Shown here: positions 37,997 through 51,234 of the stretch, one piece after another | Position numbering within the stretch: position 1 is the stretch's first letter | How the letters are laid out: each line of letters opens with the position of its first letter | Assembly (NCBI RefSeq): GCF_902713615.1 | Contig: NC_052155.1 | Coordinates: 172,583,828 to 172,647,827, forward strand | Length of the DNA: 64,000 nucleotides | Direction of reading: 5' to 3' | DNA from: Scyliorhinus canicula | Taxonomy: Eukaryota | Translations under genes and position numbers: made by a program | The notes under the pieces: generated by a model | Told to the model about the DNA's origin: nothing | What the model saw: the letters and a program-made list of their open reading frames with translations, nothing else | Database searches by the model: none

Positions 37997-38240
37997 GATG
38001 CTACAATTACACATCATATTCTTTCATTTGAGTAAGAATCTCTTGAGTGAAAATTAATCAATTAATAGCATTAAATTCTGAAATCCTGTTTTGCATATGC
38101 AGATTACGTTATTGAAAATTGCAAGCATGTGTGTACTTGTTAATGCGCTTCAGCTAGCAGATAATTCTGAGAAAAATATCAATGCAAATTAGGTTTTTAA
38201 GAGAGGTTTGATCCTCTTTGCTAAAGTATTAAGGTACTCA

Positions 38241-38450
38241 GGGTGGCGCAGTGGTGAGCCCTGCTGCCTCACAGCGCTGAGGACACGGGTTCGATCCCGG
38301 CCCTGGATCACTGTCCATCTGGAGTTTGCACATTCACCCCATGTTTGCGTGGGTCTTACCCCCTCAACCCAAAAGATATGCAGGGTAGGTGAATTGGCCA
38401 CGTTAAATTGCTCCTTAAAAAAAGAATTGGGTACTCATTTTTTTTTATAA
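38241..38450 (+). mobile_element. HE1-related SINE, short form
   Basis: Head, core and tail. Confidence 0.85.
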
Positions 38451-38919
38451 GAAGTAAAAATGTATATATCTTTAAAGGTTCTCCAAGGTCATTTTATAGA
38501 TACAGTTAATCATTATTATGACATTTTTATTTTACAAGAAACCTTTCAATTTGAATGCTTAAGCTTGTTGGAAAGAAAATAGCAAAAGCAAGGGAAGGTG
38601 CGTGAAAAATCATTTTGGTTCTTTTTAAAAACTGTATATTTTGTCTTTTCCCAGTTCTAGGCTTCCAATCTATTGCGGTTAAAATGATTTAGATTCCCCT
38701 GAGTAAATGTGATTGGTTCAGTTTTTTCCGTCTTTCTTGCTAAATTTTGCTGACCATTGATAGATGATATATATTTCTTATTTTATTGTTTTACAAATAG
38801 GACTAAAGTGAAATTTATACTTGTACATCTATAATGCATGATTCAAATATATTCTACATATATCTTTTATGGTATTTCTAATGGACAATCTAAAGTAGTA
38901 TTGTTCTGGTATTTTACAT

Positions 38920-39310
38920 CAAATGTACAGCACAGAAACAGGTTATTTGGCCCAAATGGTCTCCACAAGCTTCCTCCCATCCTACTTCAACTCGTTATCA
39001 ATATTTTTCTATTCCTTTTTCCATCATGTACATATCTAGCTTTCCTTTAAATATATCTATGTTATTTGCCTAAACTTCTCCATATGGCAGCAAATTCCAT
39101 ATCTAACCATTCTTTGGGTAAAAAAGATTCTCTTGAATTCTTGATGGATTTATTAGCGACTCTCTCATATTTATGATCCTTAGTTTTAGACTTCTCCACT
39201 GGTGGAACCATCTACGGTATGTATGTCGACCCTATTAATATTTCTATGTTCCTAAACCTTCCAGAATTTTAAAGCCCTCTATCTAGTTATTCTTGTGACT
39301 TCTCTTTTAT
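38920..39310 (-). mobile_element. Old CR1 3' fragment
   Basis: GTACAGCACAGAAACAGG...TTGGCCCA tail in reverse orientation. Confidence 0.55.
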
Positions 39311-39423
39311 GGGGTAGAGAGCTCCAGTACACACCAGATGGTTATAACTTCTGTTACAATCCCAGCTGAAGTTACTACTGGACAGGAAGGTCCCAGAATG
39401 GAGAATTGGCTCAATTGACCATG

Positions 39424-39600
39424 GCGGGATTCTTTGTCCTGCCAGCCCATTTTCCGATGCGTCTCTGCCGGCAGCAGGATCCTCTGTTCTGGCAGCTGGC
39501 CAATGGGGTTTTCCATTGTGGCCAGCCCACGGCTTCGGGGAGGCCGCGATATGGGTGTGCTGCCAGCGCAGCAGAGGATCCTGTCAACGGAGAATCCCAC
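39424..39600. mobile_element. Small Harbinger-like MITE
   Basis: GCGGGATTCT...AGAATCCCAC ends and internal palindromic CAATGGGGTTTTCCATTG; related to 50960-51114. Confidence 0.55.
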
Positions 39601-39660
39601 TGAGAAACTTTTACTTTTTTTTCAGAAATGAGGATGAACCCAGTCACAGGACTGCCAGTT

Positions 39661-40012
39661 CATAGAATTTACAGTGCAGAAGGAGGCCATTCGGCCCATT
39701 GAGTCTGAACCAGCCCTTGGAAAGAACACCCTACTTAAGCCCACGCCTCCACCCCGTAAACCCAGTAACCCAACCCAACTCTTTGGACACTAAGGGACAA
39801 TTTAGCATGGCCAATCCAACTAACCTGCACATTTGTGGACTGTGGGAGGAAACCGGAGCACCCGGAGTAAACCTACGCAGACACGGGAAATCTATGCAGA
39901 CACAGGGAGAATGTGCAAACTCCACACACACAGTCTCCCGAGGCCAGAATTGAACCCGGGTCCCTGGAGTTGTGAGGCAGCAGTGCTAACCATTGTGCCA
40001 TCATGCTGCCCC
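39661..40012 (-). mobile_element. HE1 SINE, long form
   Basis: Head, core and CR1-type tail. Confidence 0.9.
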
Positions 40013-40510
40013 GTTCTGCCAGCTGCCAGTTAGCTTATTGCAAAATAATAAAATATTTATTAAACATGAAAAAATTGGAACTATAACACAATACTCTTTC
40101 ACCCCACCTATGTCTTCACAAATGTACACAGATTTTTTTTAACGATTAACATAAGTTACAGAATTTATTGCATACTATATTATTCTCAGTCCCCGTAAAC
40201 CAACAGGCGAACTGTGGTCAGGCACACCCCAGTCTCAAATCAAATGGCATACGCCACCCAATACAATTTCTGTGGATTGTTCAACAAATCCCCCAGATGA
40301 TTATCACTTCATGAGCCAACTGGTCTCCCAGGAACTCTGGCTTCCACACAAGAGTTTCCAAATTACACTCTTGAAAAGACATACCTTAGAATCTTCTCCC
40401 AAACAATGCTTTCTCTCAGATACTTCACCATAGCTCCACTACCAGACTTTCAGTCTTTCCTTTCAATACTCCTCTGCTTTGAATTGCCATGTGCTTTTAA
40501 GCTTCCACAC

Positions 40511-40573
40511 AATTTCTCGGGTAAACAGCCACACCAACAGAACTTCTCGGGTAAACAGCCACACCAACAGAAC
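40511..40573. repeat. 30-bp tandem duplication
   Basis: AA(T/C)TTCTCGGGTAAACAGCCACACCAACAG twice. Confidence 0.85.
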
Positions 40574-40669
40574 AGCACTGCTTCACAGGCTGTTTTAAAG
40601 TATCACCAACTTTGGGATTGCTTCAAGTATTTGGTTTCTCATGAGGTAACTTCACCAGGTCTGCACTGA

Positions 40670-41155
40670 CAGTGCTCCAGCCAGCACAACTGGGGCACCC
40701 TGGCAGTGCCAGAGTGGCACTTCCAGGGTGTCTGGGTGGCATTGCCAAGATGCCAGTCTGTCAATTCCTGGGTGTCAGCAGGAGTGCCAGGATACCACAA
40801 TGCCCAGAGCCCGACCACCTGAGGGCCTCAAATGGCCTGGGAGGCCTCCCCAGGTACTGTTTCACCTATTCCATGTTTGTGGAAACTAGTGCTAAATGGC
40901 ACCATGGCGAGATCTCCCAGGCGAGGCCATTAATTCCCAGGCCCCAGGAGAATACGGCACAGATATATTTAAATGACCTTAATGGCTCACTTAAATATGT
41001 TAATCTGGATCTCACCCAGCGAGGGAGAGATCCAGATTGTGACATCTCGCAAAATTCTGTTAAATCTGATGACATTTGGAGTGTCGCGAATCTTGTGCGA
41101 GCCCCCTCATATCGCGCTACCAAGTTGGGCACAACGAGGCCATTGAATCACGCCC
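40670..41155. mobile_element. Non-autonomous Harbinger-type fragment
   Basis: Ends in ATTGAATCACGCCC; shares TGGCAGTGCCA arrays with the copies at 43.4, 49.3 and 58.3 kb. Confidence 0.55.
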
Positions 41156-42399
41156 TAGTCTTTACGCATGTTTGTTTTCACATTAAAAACTCTCTAATCA
41201 CAATGCAGACACAATGCAGTTAGAGATGAAACCAAAAACCTCATACATGCAAGCACCTATGTTTAACATGAATCTTTTTACCCTTTCTTTACCCTTTTTT
41301 TTTACCCTTCTTTACCCTTTCTTATACAGACACACAATTAACACACTCTTAAATCTATACCTTATTTCTAATATCCAAAATCAAATGTAGACTATTTCAA
41401 ACTAACTGTTTCTGGAATGATATTTGTAAATTTTTCTTTCATCTTTACCAGTCCTTTTATACCCTTTTATGTAATAGATCCATAACTGTACACTGTATGC
41501 TAACCAAGGTTCCACACAGGGTTGTCATAACTTCTATGCTTTTCAGTTTTATTCCTTCGGAAATGTACCCAGTGCTTGGTTTACATTTTTATGGCCTTGT
41601 TAACCTGTGTTGCTACTACTAATGTTTTGTGAATGTGCACCCTTCCATTTATTCCTCTATTCCAGTTAGACTATTATTTTTCATTCTGCGACCTCCCTAT
41701 TTCTGCTCCAAAAATGCACAATTTCACACTTACCTGTGTTAAAATTAATTTGCCGCATAAGACAATTCTGCAAGTTTATTAACATGTTCCTGTATTTCTC
41801 TGCAGTTACGTCCAATTTGTTTCATTCATACATTTTGAAATTATACTTCTGATTCTTCAGTCCAGATAGTTTCTGTAATTGGTGAACAGCAGTGGCCTTA
41901 GTAACAATCTCTGAAACACCACAGACTATGGAAACAGATTCTAGTCTAGTGTCATGGTGGCGGGGCAGGCTCTAAGATCCCTTTATCAAAAAAATAAAAA
42001 TAAAAAACTCACCAATGGACGTGGAAGGCCCACCTTCCTGGCAGTGCCAAGGCACTACCCTCTTCCGCTCTGGGGTCTGCACTTAACTGTACGCTCCTGG
42101 CACCCCCATTTTACAAAATCTGTTGTAAACCCCAACGACATGTCACACCGGTGGGCTGGACAGAAATCCCTACATTGGGGGAACAATACAGTGGGGAGGC
42201 CCACTCCTTGTACGTTAATGTCTGGAAATGATGTTCTTGACCTTTCATGGCAGGAACCCTATTATATACAATTGGTGGGGGAACGGGGCTAATCAAAGGG
42301 GAAGTCCTGCCGGCATGAAAGCCGTTTTGGGTCTCCCTCAATTCTCCGCCCCCTGCTGCCATTCCCACTTGCCAGAAGGGGAGTGGAAAATTACCCCCA

Positions 42400-42468
42400 T
42401 ATCTCAAAACCTAATTGGCAAATTTCAATTCCCCCCTCCATCTCAAAACCTAATTGGCAAATTTCAAT
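42400..42468. repeat. Tandem duplication with about 40-bp period
   Basis: ATCTCAAAACCTAATTGGCAAATTTCAAT twice. Confidence 0.8.
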
Positions 42469-43409
42469 CAAACTTGGTACACAAATAGGGTATGGCCTGA
42501 GGAACAAGTGTTTAATTTTTGGCAAAGATGTGGCTACAGATCCTGGAATCTTTTAAAGGTTCTGTTAACTTTGGGAGATAGGGCAAATTGCTTTTTTTTG
42601 TAAAGAATTTTGTGGGTTGTTTTATTTAGATTGTTGTTGATTATTTTAGAATGTTATGGATTGTCTAAGCTGTTGTGGTGGGATTTGTTGAAATGTGACC
42701 ACAATTTTCAGAGCGGGTTAATAGATGGCTGGATTGGCCTGAAGCCTCCTCGGTGAGATGGAAGCTCTCAATAAAAATCTATTTTGTGTTTATTGGAATA
42801 TATTTCTCTTGAACGCTTAATTATCTCTTTAAAAATATTTTCCACTGCTGCACTATCCCTTGTTTATTACATTGGCATAATATCAATTTTTTTTTGAGTT
42901 TATCTTTGCTTGTTCCATTCTCAGACCCTTAAAAATTAGCTTTTATCCAATCAAATTTTTTGTATTTTGAGAAAGACATAAATAATACAATCACCATCTT
43001 AAAGTTCACTATGTTATGATTGCCATTACATAGGTGTTTCCCTCTGCTTATTTCTCTTAACTTGTCACAAACCAAGCTGGTGGTATCTGCGAAGGTATCT
43101 CAACCTGGAACACCAGTTCGAGGGGTGTATAGTTTTGGTTTTTTTGTAATGGTGTGAGAGAGGAGTTAAGTGAAATCCTAGTGAAAATAACGAGCCCAAT
43201 CATCAAGTAACAATTATTAAGGACCATTTATTAAATCAAAGCCAAACGCACATGAAAAGGAAGCCAATGCTATAAGACCATTGAGTATATAAATCACTAA
43301 ACACAGACAGCTTAGGTAGAATGAACCCCTTGTTCCAAAATATATGTACAACCCTGAACTCCTCAAGACTTCCCCTTTCCCAAACAACTTCCAAATTAAA
43401 TATATCTAT

Positions 43410-44070
43410 GGGCGTTTGACAGGTGATTCTCAGTGGCTGCAGTGCCAGAAATCACCCCACTTTTAATTTCTCCCCGCCAAGGCCGCACTTGGAGAGAATT
43501 CCTGCTGGCAGGATCTGCTTATCACTGCTGTTCGCAGATCGGCAGCCCCACCTGTTTCACCCCCCCCCCACACACACACTTTTAGGCCACCCCTGAACCT
43601 GTCCGAGGCCACTGGGAAACCCCCCCCCCCCCCCCCCCCCCCACATGGACAAGGCCACCCTGGGCCTGACCCCTGGCAATGCTGACCTGGCACCAGGGCA
43701 CCCTGGCAGTGCCCAGATGCCAAGGGAAATGCCAAGGTACCACACTGCCCTGCCCCCAACCAACCGGGGGTCTCCAATGGCCTGTCAGAAACCCCCCTCC
43801 CCGAGGCATTGTTAAGCCTGGTCCACGTTTGTGTGGGCCAGTACTAAACAGTGCCTTGGCAAGCTCTCACTGGCGCAGCCCATGAGTCCTGGGCGCAAGG
43901 TGAATCCATGTCCGGGTATTTAAATGAACCATCAGGCTCATTTAAATGTGCCTGATGCAGAGAAGGTCGGGTGACTCATGATCGGCCCGGTGCCAAGCCC
44001 GATTTTGGGTTCTTGTACCATTCACCCATTGCTCCCAGTTCCTTGCTGGGCACAATGGGGTTGCTGACCA
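43410..44070. mobile_element. Non-autonomous Harbinger-type element (decayed)
   Basis: GC-rich, GGCACCCTGGCAGTGCC motifs and ATTTAAATG..CATTTAAAT palindrome shared with sibling copies. Confidence 0.5.
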
Positions 44071-44580
44071 GACATTACAGTGACCACGCAATACAGTGTG
44101 GGTAGTCAGGTCTGGGAAACATATTTTCCTTGTCCAGTTAAGATATTTAAACTGCCTTTAAGACCTAGATGCTAGCCGAGGCTCCTCCTGGCTGTTGGAT
44201 TGGAAACGGGTCTCCTTGGCTGTTAGGTGTAAACTGCCTCTCCGCTTCTGAGGATACTGGCAGCTATATATCATTTGTCTCGACACTTGCATCGCATCAC
44301 TTTTAAAATCACAGCTTTTGAATGCTGGCTACTACTATCACTGGACAGATTTATATCTGTTGCTGGGCGGACCCATGACGCTTGTTTCTGGGTAGATCAT
44401 AGAATTTACAGTGCAGAAAGAGGCCATTTGGCCCTTGGAAAGAGCACCCCACCCAAGCCTACCACCCCCCCTCCCCCCCAAATCAGACCCCAGCCTGGTT
44501 GCTGCATTAATTTTACTGTTGTTGCTAGGCACATTTCCACCTGTTGCTGGTGTGATTAATGTTGGAATTTCAGATATATT

Positions 44581-45213
44581 GGGCTGGATTCTCCATACCC
44601 TGACGCTGAAATTGCGGCCGGCGCTGGGGCGGAGAATCTATTTTGGTGCACAAAATTGGGACCGCCACTGTTTCCCCGATTCTCCGGGCTCCAAAAAGCG
44701 GTACACCGCGCCACAAAGCACCTACCTAAGGCCATTGATGGAGGCCCGCCCCGCCATTCTCTGCCCCCGATCGGCCGAAGTCCCGACGGCGTGGATGTAA
44801 TATGGTCCTGCTGGTCAGGATACTAGCGTGGAGGGTGCGGACTCAGTCTGCAGCTGCCCTGGTCCGGGTGGGCCGATCGGAGGGCAGGGGGGCCTTCTAC
44901 TCGGCTGGACACTAAAAATAGAACCCCCGATCGGCTGCGCGCCCGACCCCGACCGATCGGGGGGGTCTATTTTTAGTGTCTAGCTCCGCACTCTGAGTCC
45001 GCCATGGAGCATGGCGCGGCTGCTTGAGGCTGCCGCCGTGCATATGCACGGCCTCCAACCCAGAAGTGCGGGGACCTGTAACTGCAGCAAAACCTGCTAG
45101 ATTTACGGCGGGCCCCTGCTAGCCCCCTGCAGGGCTATGAATATGTGGCCTTTTCTCGCCAATTTTCTGGCGTGAAAGTCCAGTTCTGACGACGGAGTGG
45201 GGACATCCAGCCC
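44581..45213. mobile_element. Non-autonomous Harbinger-type element
   Basis: Terminal inverted repeats GGGCTGGAT / ATCCAGCCC; CpG-rich interior. Confidence 0.75.
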
Positions 45214-47384
45214 AATGTATTATAGGTGTTTGGTGCAGTAAGGGTTAAAAGCTTGGGTTAGCGTGTGCTTGACTGCTGAAACCATGTTTTAAAAGATTCT
45301 TAGGTTAAAAAGCAATAAAGCTTTTGGGAGCCAGGGGTACAATTTAACCATTGTAAAAAGCTTGGGCTAATGCAATTTTGTTTTGATTAAGGGAATTCCC
45401 TGGAAAGGTATTTTGTTTTCAGCTTGATGAGATTATGTCATGGCTCGGTGGAGCTAAGGCATTCAATTCTGGCTGAAACTGTGCAGTGAAACAGTTCTGC
45501 TCTCACTGTTAGATAGTTGAAAGAGATTTACTGTATTTACAGTGCAGACTTGTTGAAGGTCAGGGGGAGCTGTTGAAAGCCAGTTGAATCAGTTTTTGAG
45601 TTTCTGAATGGGTCTGACCGGAGTCAGATCTGTTCCGTAAAGTAGTGTCAAGAGATCACTTTCTCAAAGAATAACTCTGTAAGGCAAGTATTCCTTTGTG
45701 CCATTGGTATTTGAGGTGGATTGAGAGCTGAATTGATTGTTCTCTTGTTGTTTAAGTGGGAATAAAGATACCAATGAAGAGTACTATATTCACTGTATTG
45801 AGTAGTATTGTGCGCGATTCTGCCAAAACATTTCTAAGTTCAACTTGTGGTGCGTTTTTCAGGGGACCCCCACCATTATTCAATGACATTTAGTCACTTT
45901 TTCGGACCCTGGGAAGTTTCTCACCAGTTTAGCCCACACTTCTGGTGCGATTCTCTTGCCGTGTTGCGCTCATGCGAGAGCACAATGTGACCGGAGAATC
46001 TCAGGAGAGCCCTCCAGCAGACTTCACGAGATCCTCCATGCCTCGCGGGATTCACCAGTCATGATATTTGTCTACCTTTAAGATACCACCATTATACTAA
46101 CTCTAATTAGCATAGCTACCTTCATTATCCTTTCCTGTGCTTTAGCCTACAATATTTAACTAGTCCTACTCTTTACTTAGGCATTATTCAGTTACCAACA
46201 TCAGATTTCTCACTATGAATTATTGTCTCTGGTTTCCCCATTTTATTTTGAATGTTGTACGTATTTCTGTTCTAATTTCTCTTTATTTTTTAAAGATAGA
46301 TTTTATACTTATGTTCTACAACTTTATCTATTCTCTGACTATTGTTACCCTTATCCCATACCTTGGTCTGACCTATACTCTCTTCTCCTTAATCTTTTAG
46401 CTTCAGCCCTATCTCATTCAGCCATGATCTCATTGAATGGCGGGACATGCTTGAGGGGTTGAATTCTGTTTCTATGTATTTCAAACTTAGCCAGTCTTTT
46501 TAGTTAAAGTTTTATCCATAGCTGTGTTCATCCTTTCTATTAAGACTCTGATCCAGGAGGAGTCCATCCCAGTCGCACAGCCCCTTTCTGTTCCATTACT
46601 GGTGTTGTGTCCCATGGGATAGAACTTCTCCTTTCCATCTCATTCTTTGAGTAATGCAGTCACCTCCCGGTTTCCCTTGTATCATTGATCCTGACAGGGA
46701 CAGTGAGCTGGATCTACCACCTCCCCTTTCAAGTTCCTCTATAGTTGTTCCGTCATATCCTTTACCCTTGCACCAGATGGGTGATACGCCTTCTGAACCT
46801 CTGTTGTGTTAGAGTATGCAATATCTTCTCCCTAATTATTGAATGCTCTGTAACTATAATCTTCCTGCTATGCCCTCCCATATTTACCCCTAACTTTGGA
46901 CTGCCAACTCCTCAATGGCGCCATGGTTAGCATTCTAACAAGGCCACAAGTACATTATATCTGTTTGATAGGATAGTGTCTGCCTTTTTCTCTACCTCCT
47001 TTCGATTCCTCCTAGCCTGCTAACAGTGGCACTATCCTCTTTGTGCATTTGTGCTTTTCTGAGCTGAGATACTGTCCAGATATCTCTGCCCCTCCCTTAC
47101 CTGTCAGAATGTATCAAACTCGCCAGTCCAACAACTTGCTTGAGGATGCAAATTATTTTAATATTGATTTCTCCTGTTTAGTTTATTTTTTCTCCTTTGA
47201 TATATTTAGGCTATTTAGATTCTTAGGCTATTTGGATTCTTCGGCCTATTTCTTTACCTGAAGGATATTATTCTCTGAATACTTAAGAGAAATAATTAAA
47301 CACTTCCCTCTAATTCCTTGAATTCTGCCGGTCCCTACCCTATGCTGGCCATGTCCTCTTTGATTTTTTTAAAGTTTCTACGAT

Positions 47385-47714
47385 GGGCAGCACAGTGGTT
47401 AGTACTGCTGCCTCACAATGTTAGGGACCCGGGCTCAATTCCAACCTTGGCTGACTGCGTCAAGTTTGCACATTGTCTCTGTGTCTGTGTGGGTTTCCTC
47501 CGGGTGCTCCCGTTCCATCCCACAGTCCAAAGTTGTGCTGATTAGGTGGATTGGCCATGCTAAATTGCCCCTAAAGTGTCCAAAGGTTGCCTTTGGTGGT
47601 GTTATCGGGTTACAGGGATAGGGTGGGCGAGTAAGCCTAGGTAGGGTGCTCTTTCAGAGGGTTAGTGTCGACTCAATGAGTCGAATGGCCTCCTTTTGCA
47701 CTGTAGAGATTCTA
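47385..47714 (+). mobile_element. HE1 SINE, long form
   Basis: Head, core and CR1-type tail. Confidence 0.88.
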
Positions 47715-47969
47715 GTGGTACTGATATTCCCTTGCGTTTTATGGGTTGCTGATGTTTGCTGCCACTGCTTTTAAATTGATGCTTTAGGGTTGTTGCCATT
47801 TCTATTGCGCAATACACTATTAATCTGTCACCATGAGCAGTTCGCTCTTAGGTTGTGGCAGCACTAGATGGGGGAAGAGATCCTGGGGTCTAAGAACATG
47901 GGGAGCAACTTGCCAACTGGGAGTTGTCACAAAATCCAGGACCACTGGAGATTCTGTATCTCATTAAAA

Positions 47970-48170
47970 TAAATTTAGTGTACCCAATTCTTTTTCCAAT
48001 TAAGGGGCAATTTAGCGTGACCAATCCTGCACATCTTTAGGTTGTGGGGGTGAGACCCACGCAGACACGGGGAGAATGTGCAAGCTCCACATGGAGTGAC
48101 CCGGGGCCGGGATCGAACCCGGGTCCTCGGCGCCGTGAGACAGCAGTGATAACCACTGCTCTACCGTGCC
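47970..48170 (-). mobile_element. HE1-related SINE, short form
   Basis: Head, core and tail. Confidence 0.85.
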
Positions 48171-48496
48171 TCCTTAGGGGTTTGTGTATCTGACAATAGG
48201 GAGCAGGGGAATGGGTCTGTGAGCAACATAAATTTTCCAGAATGGGTGACTGTGGGTAAAGGTAAATGTTTTTTGTCTCAGTATAAAATGAGACACAAGG
48301 ACAGTTAATTAAATGTAAAAATCTCTGATATCCCAAACCCAGGAGATGAGCTGTTTCCCACAGCAGGCTGGTAGTTTGTACTTTAATAATTTGAACACCA
48401 GGGGTTCAAATATGAGAAGCAATTACATAAATGGGTTGTCTTCCCGGGAATTTAGAAGACTAAGGGAAGATTTGATAAAAGTTTTCAAAATATTTG

Positions 48497-48722
48497 GGGC
48501 AGCACAATGGCGCAGTGGTTTGCACTACTGCCTCATGGCACCGAGGTCCCAGGTTCGATCCCAGCTCTGGGTTACAGTCCGTGTGGAGTTTGCACATTCT
48601 CCCCATGTTTGCATGAGTTTCGCCCCCACAACCCAAAGATGTGCAGAGTAGGTGGACTGGCCACGATAAATTGCCCATTATTTAGAAAACAATGAATTGG
48701 TACTCTAAATTTATTTTTAAAA
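48497..48722 (+). mobile_element. HE1-related SINE, short form
   Basis: TSD AAAAGTTTTCAAAATATT; inserted in an old CR1 3' fragment. Confidence 0.88.
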
Positions 48723-48824
48723 AGTTTTCAAAATATTAAGGGGAAGTTAAGGTAGGTAGGAAATATTGCAGCTGATTGGAGAATTTAGAACTAAGGGATA
48801 TTTTTTATTTTTTTATTTTAAAAA

Positions 48825-49039
48825 TTTTTTAGATTACCCAATTATTTTTTCCAATTAAGGGGCAATTTAGCGTGGCCAATCCACCTATCCTGCACATCTT
48901 TGGGTTGTGGGGGTGAAACCCACGCAGACACGGGGAGAATGTGCAAACTCCACACGGACAGTGACCCAGAGCCGGGATCGAACCTGGGACCTCAGCGCCT
49001 TGAGGCAGTTGTGCTAACCACTAGGCCACCGTGCTGCCC
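48825..49039 (-). mobile_element. HE1-related SINE, short form
   Basis: TSD ACTAAGGGATAT; T-rich tail on the + strand. Confidence 0.9.
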
Positions 49040-49319
49040 AGGACTAAGGGATATAGCCTGAAATATAATCAGTCCTTTTTAGGAGTGACATTAGGAAACA
49101 CTACATGCAAAGGCTGGTGAAAATTTGGAATTCTCTTCTACAAATGGCAGTTTTAATAGGTCAATTATTAATTTTAAATGAGATTTAGATTTTAGTTAAC
49201 CAAATGTATTCAGGGATATGGGGCAACGGTTATGTCTAAAATCAGCTATGATCTAATTTCATGGCAGAACAGGCTCCAGGGGTCAAATAGTCTACTTTCT
49301 TATGTGGAAGAAGGTCAAA

Positions 49320-50162
49320 GGGGCAATCTAACTGAAAAGTTTCTAAGTGTAATTTGTGGCAGGTTTTGCTGGAAGTTTCAGTTCCTCACCGCTATCAAAC
49401 GATACTGTATCACTTTTTTGGGCCTTGGGGAGTTTCTCACCAGCTTAGCCCCACACTTAGAATTGTTTTAATCACTGGGGAGCTAAACTCAAGAGATGGA
49501 GCTGCTATTTTGAAAGGGTGTCCCGATCTATAAGTGAGCTTGTAGGTCTCCCACCCCTCACACCCATGGGCATTACTCCACACCTTCCAAGTGAGGACAC
49601 CCCACTATGGGGTCCCTGGGGGCCCCCCTCTTCGGGGCCACATCTGTCATGGCTTCAACCTCCCAGAGGCCCCTTCTTACCTGTCTTGCACTTTCATGGG
49701 CATGGCCTCCCTCTGGCCCTGACCCTTGGCAATGCCACTCTGGCACCCAGGCACCCTTGCAGTGCTCCTGCCAGCTTGGCAGTGCAAAGGTGCGCACGTC
49801 CCAGAGGGAGGGCCAGGCGGGCACCCTGAACTATCCCTGACTACCCAGGGGCCACCATTGGCCTGGGAGACCCCTGGTTGCTGTTCTGCCTGGTTCACCT
49901 TTGTGTGGACCAGTACTGAACGGCGCCCAGCCAGTGAGGCCGGTAGATCCCAGGAGACACCAGGTAAACTCGCCTAAGTAGGTTTAATCCCTACTTTGGC
50001 GCGCACTGTCTGGTCACGTCCATTTTGGGTATGATTCTGATTCCAACGACGCAAGATCTGGGCACATCTCGAGGCATAAAGGCTGCTGGGAAGCCCGCAG
50101 GACACCTCTCCTGGCATCCACTGACCGTGCCGTCGCTCAATGTGGCCGGTAGATCACGCGCC
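49320..50162. mobile_element. Non-autonomous Harbinger-type element
   Basis: GGGCAATCT…AGATCACGCGCC ends; TGGCANTGCCA arrays. Confidence 0.55.
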
Positions 50163-50859
50163 AAGTGTTCCAGGAACAATTGGGAGTCAGAAGAATCCTA
50201 CAATCTGTCAGAATTTAACAAGATGACAATATACCCCTGGTTCAGTCCCCACTGTCGACCACCAGCTCCACACATTGATGACCATAAGGTATTATCCACA
50301 CTCTATGGCTAGTTGGCTCTTTGAACTATTACTGCTCAGAGTTGACTTTATGCAGAGAGCTGGACTGACAGATGAAGAATGTCAAATATTGTCTGGGAAC
50401 AAACTGGGGTGAGATGGTTTGGAACTGCTCTGATATCAACAGGTTATAGCTGAGCAGTGAGGCTCTAGTACGCAGGTTGGCAGGCACTGAATGACAGGAT
50501 TCCAGGCAGATGAGAATAAGGTTCTTTTTAAAGCACCTCTGATCGTGTTGATCAGGGCTGCACAAGGAACTCAAAACACCAGGCTCAGCCGAAACTGAGC
50601 GCTATCTTCAAGGCCTCAGGTTGCAGGAACTTTGCTTGCGATATATTGAATAACTGTTGAATGCTCAAATGACATGGACTAGTTGGGCCTATATTTTTTT
50701 GAACTAATATGGTATCATTGCCACAAAATAACCACCAGTTACTTCACCCAGCGTGATTAAAATGTGGAATTCATAGATTAGTTGAGGCAACTAGTGTAGG
50801 TGCATTTAAAGGGAAATTAGATAAGTACAAGTGGGAGAAAAGAATAGAAAGACCTGTTA

Positions 50860-51150
50860 ATAAAGGCAAAATACAGCGGATGCTGGAAATCTGAAATAAA
50901 AATGAAGCGCTGTAAAAAGATCAGCAGGTCTGGCAGCATCCGTGGAGAGAGAAAGAGTTGGGATTGTCTGATTTTGTGGGCAGCACACCACAGCTGGTGG
51001 AGCAGGGTGGCTTCAATGAGAAATCCCATCGACAAGTGTCGAGAATAGAAAATCCCGCCGCTAGTGAACGGCGAGCAACACGCGGCGGCGGGGGGGAACT
51101 GGAGAATCCAGCCCAATGTTTCTGGTTGAATATGACTTTTCTTCAGAGCA
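50860..51150 (-). mobile_element. Penelope-like pseudo-LTR remnant with a MITE inserted at about 50960-51114
   Basis: GCAAAATACAGCGGATGCTGGAAATCTGAAAT...CAGCAGGTCTGGCAGCATC; hammerhead-like core on the - strand. Confidence 0.65.
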
Positions 51151-51234
51151 GAAAGATGTTGGTTGATCGGGTTGGATGAGGGTGTCTGGGAGAAGGCCCC
51201 TGCGGAGCATTCACAACATGTTGGCGCTGTAAAT

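Larger units (their letters stand above)
6424..38010 (+). ncRNA. Putative multi-exon non-coding (snoRNA-host-like) transcript; exon model read by eye
   Basis: Candidate AG..GT exons in non-repetitive islands: 6424-6447/6452, 6761-6807, 7789-?, 23356-23396, 23607-23678, 32982-33105, 33626-33755, 33849-33894, 34080-34178, 37687-end; AATAAA at 37991-37996; no long ORF across the chain. Confidence 0.4.
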
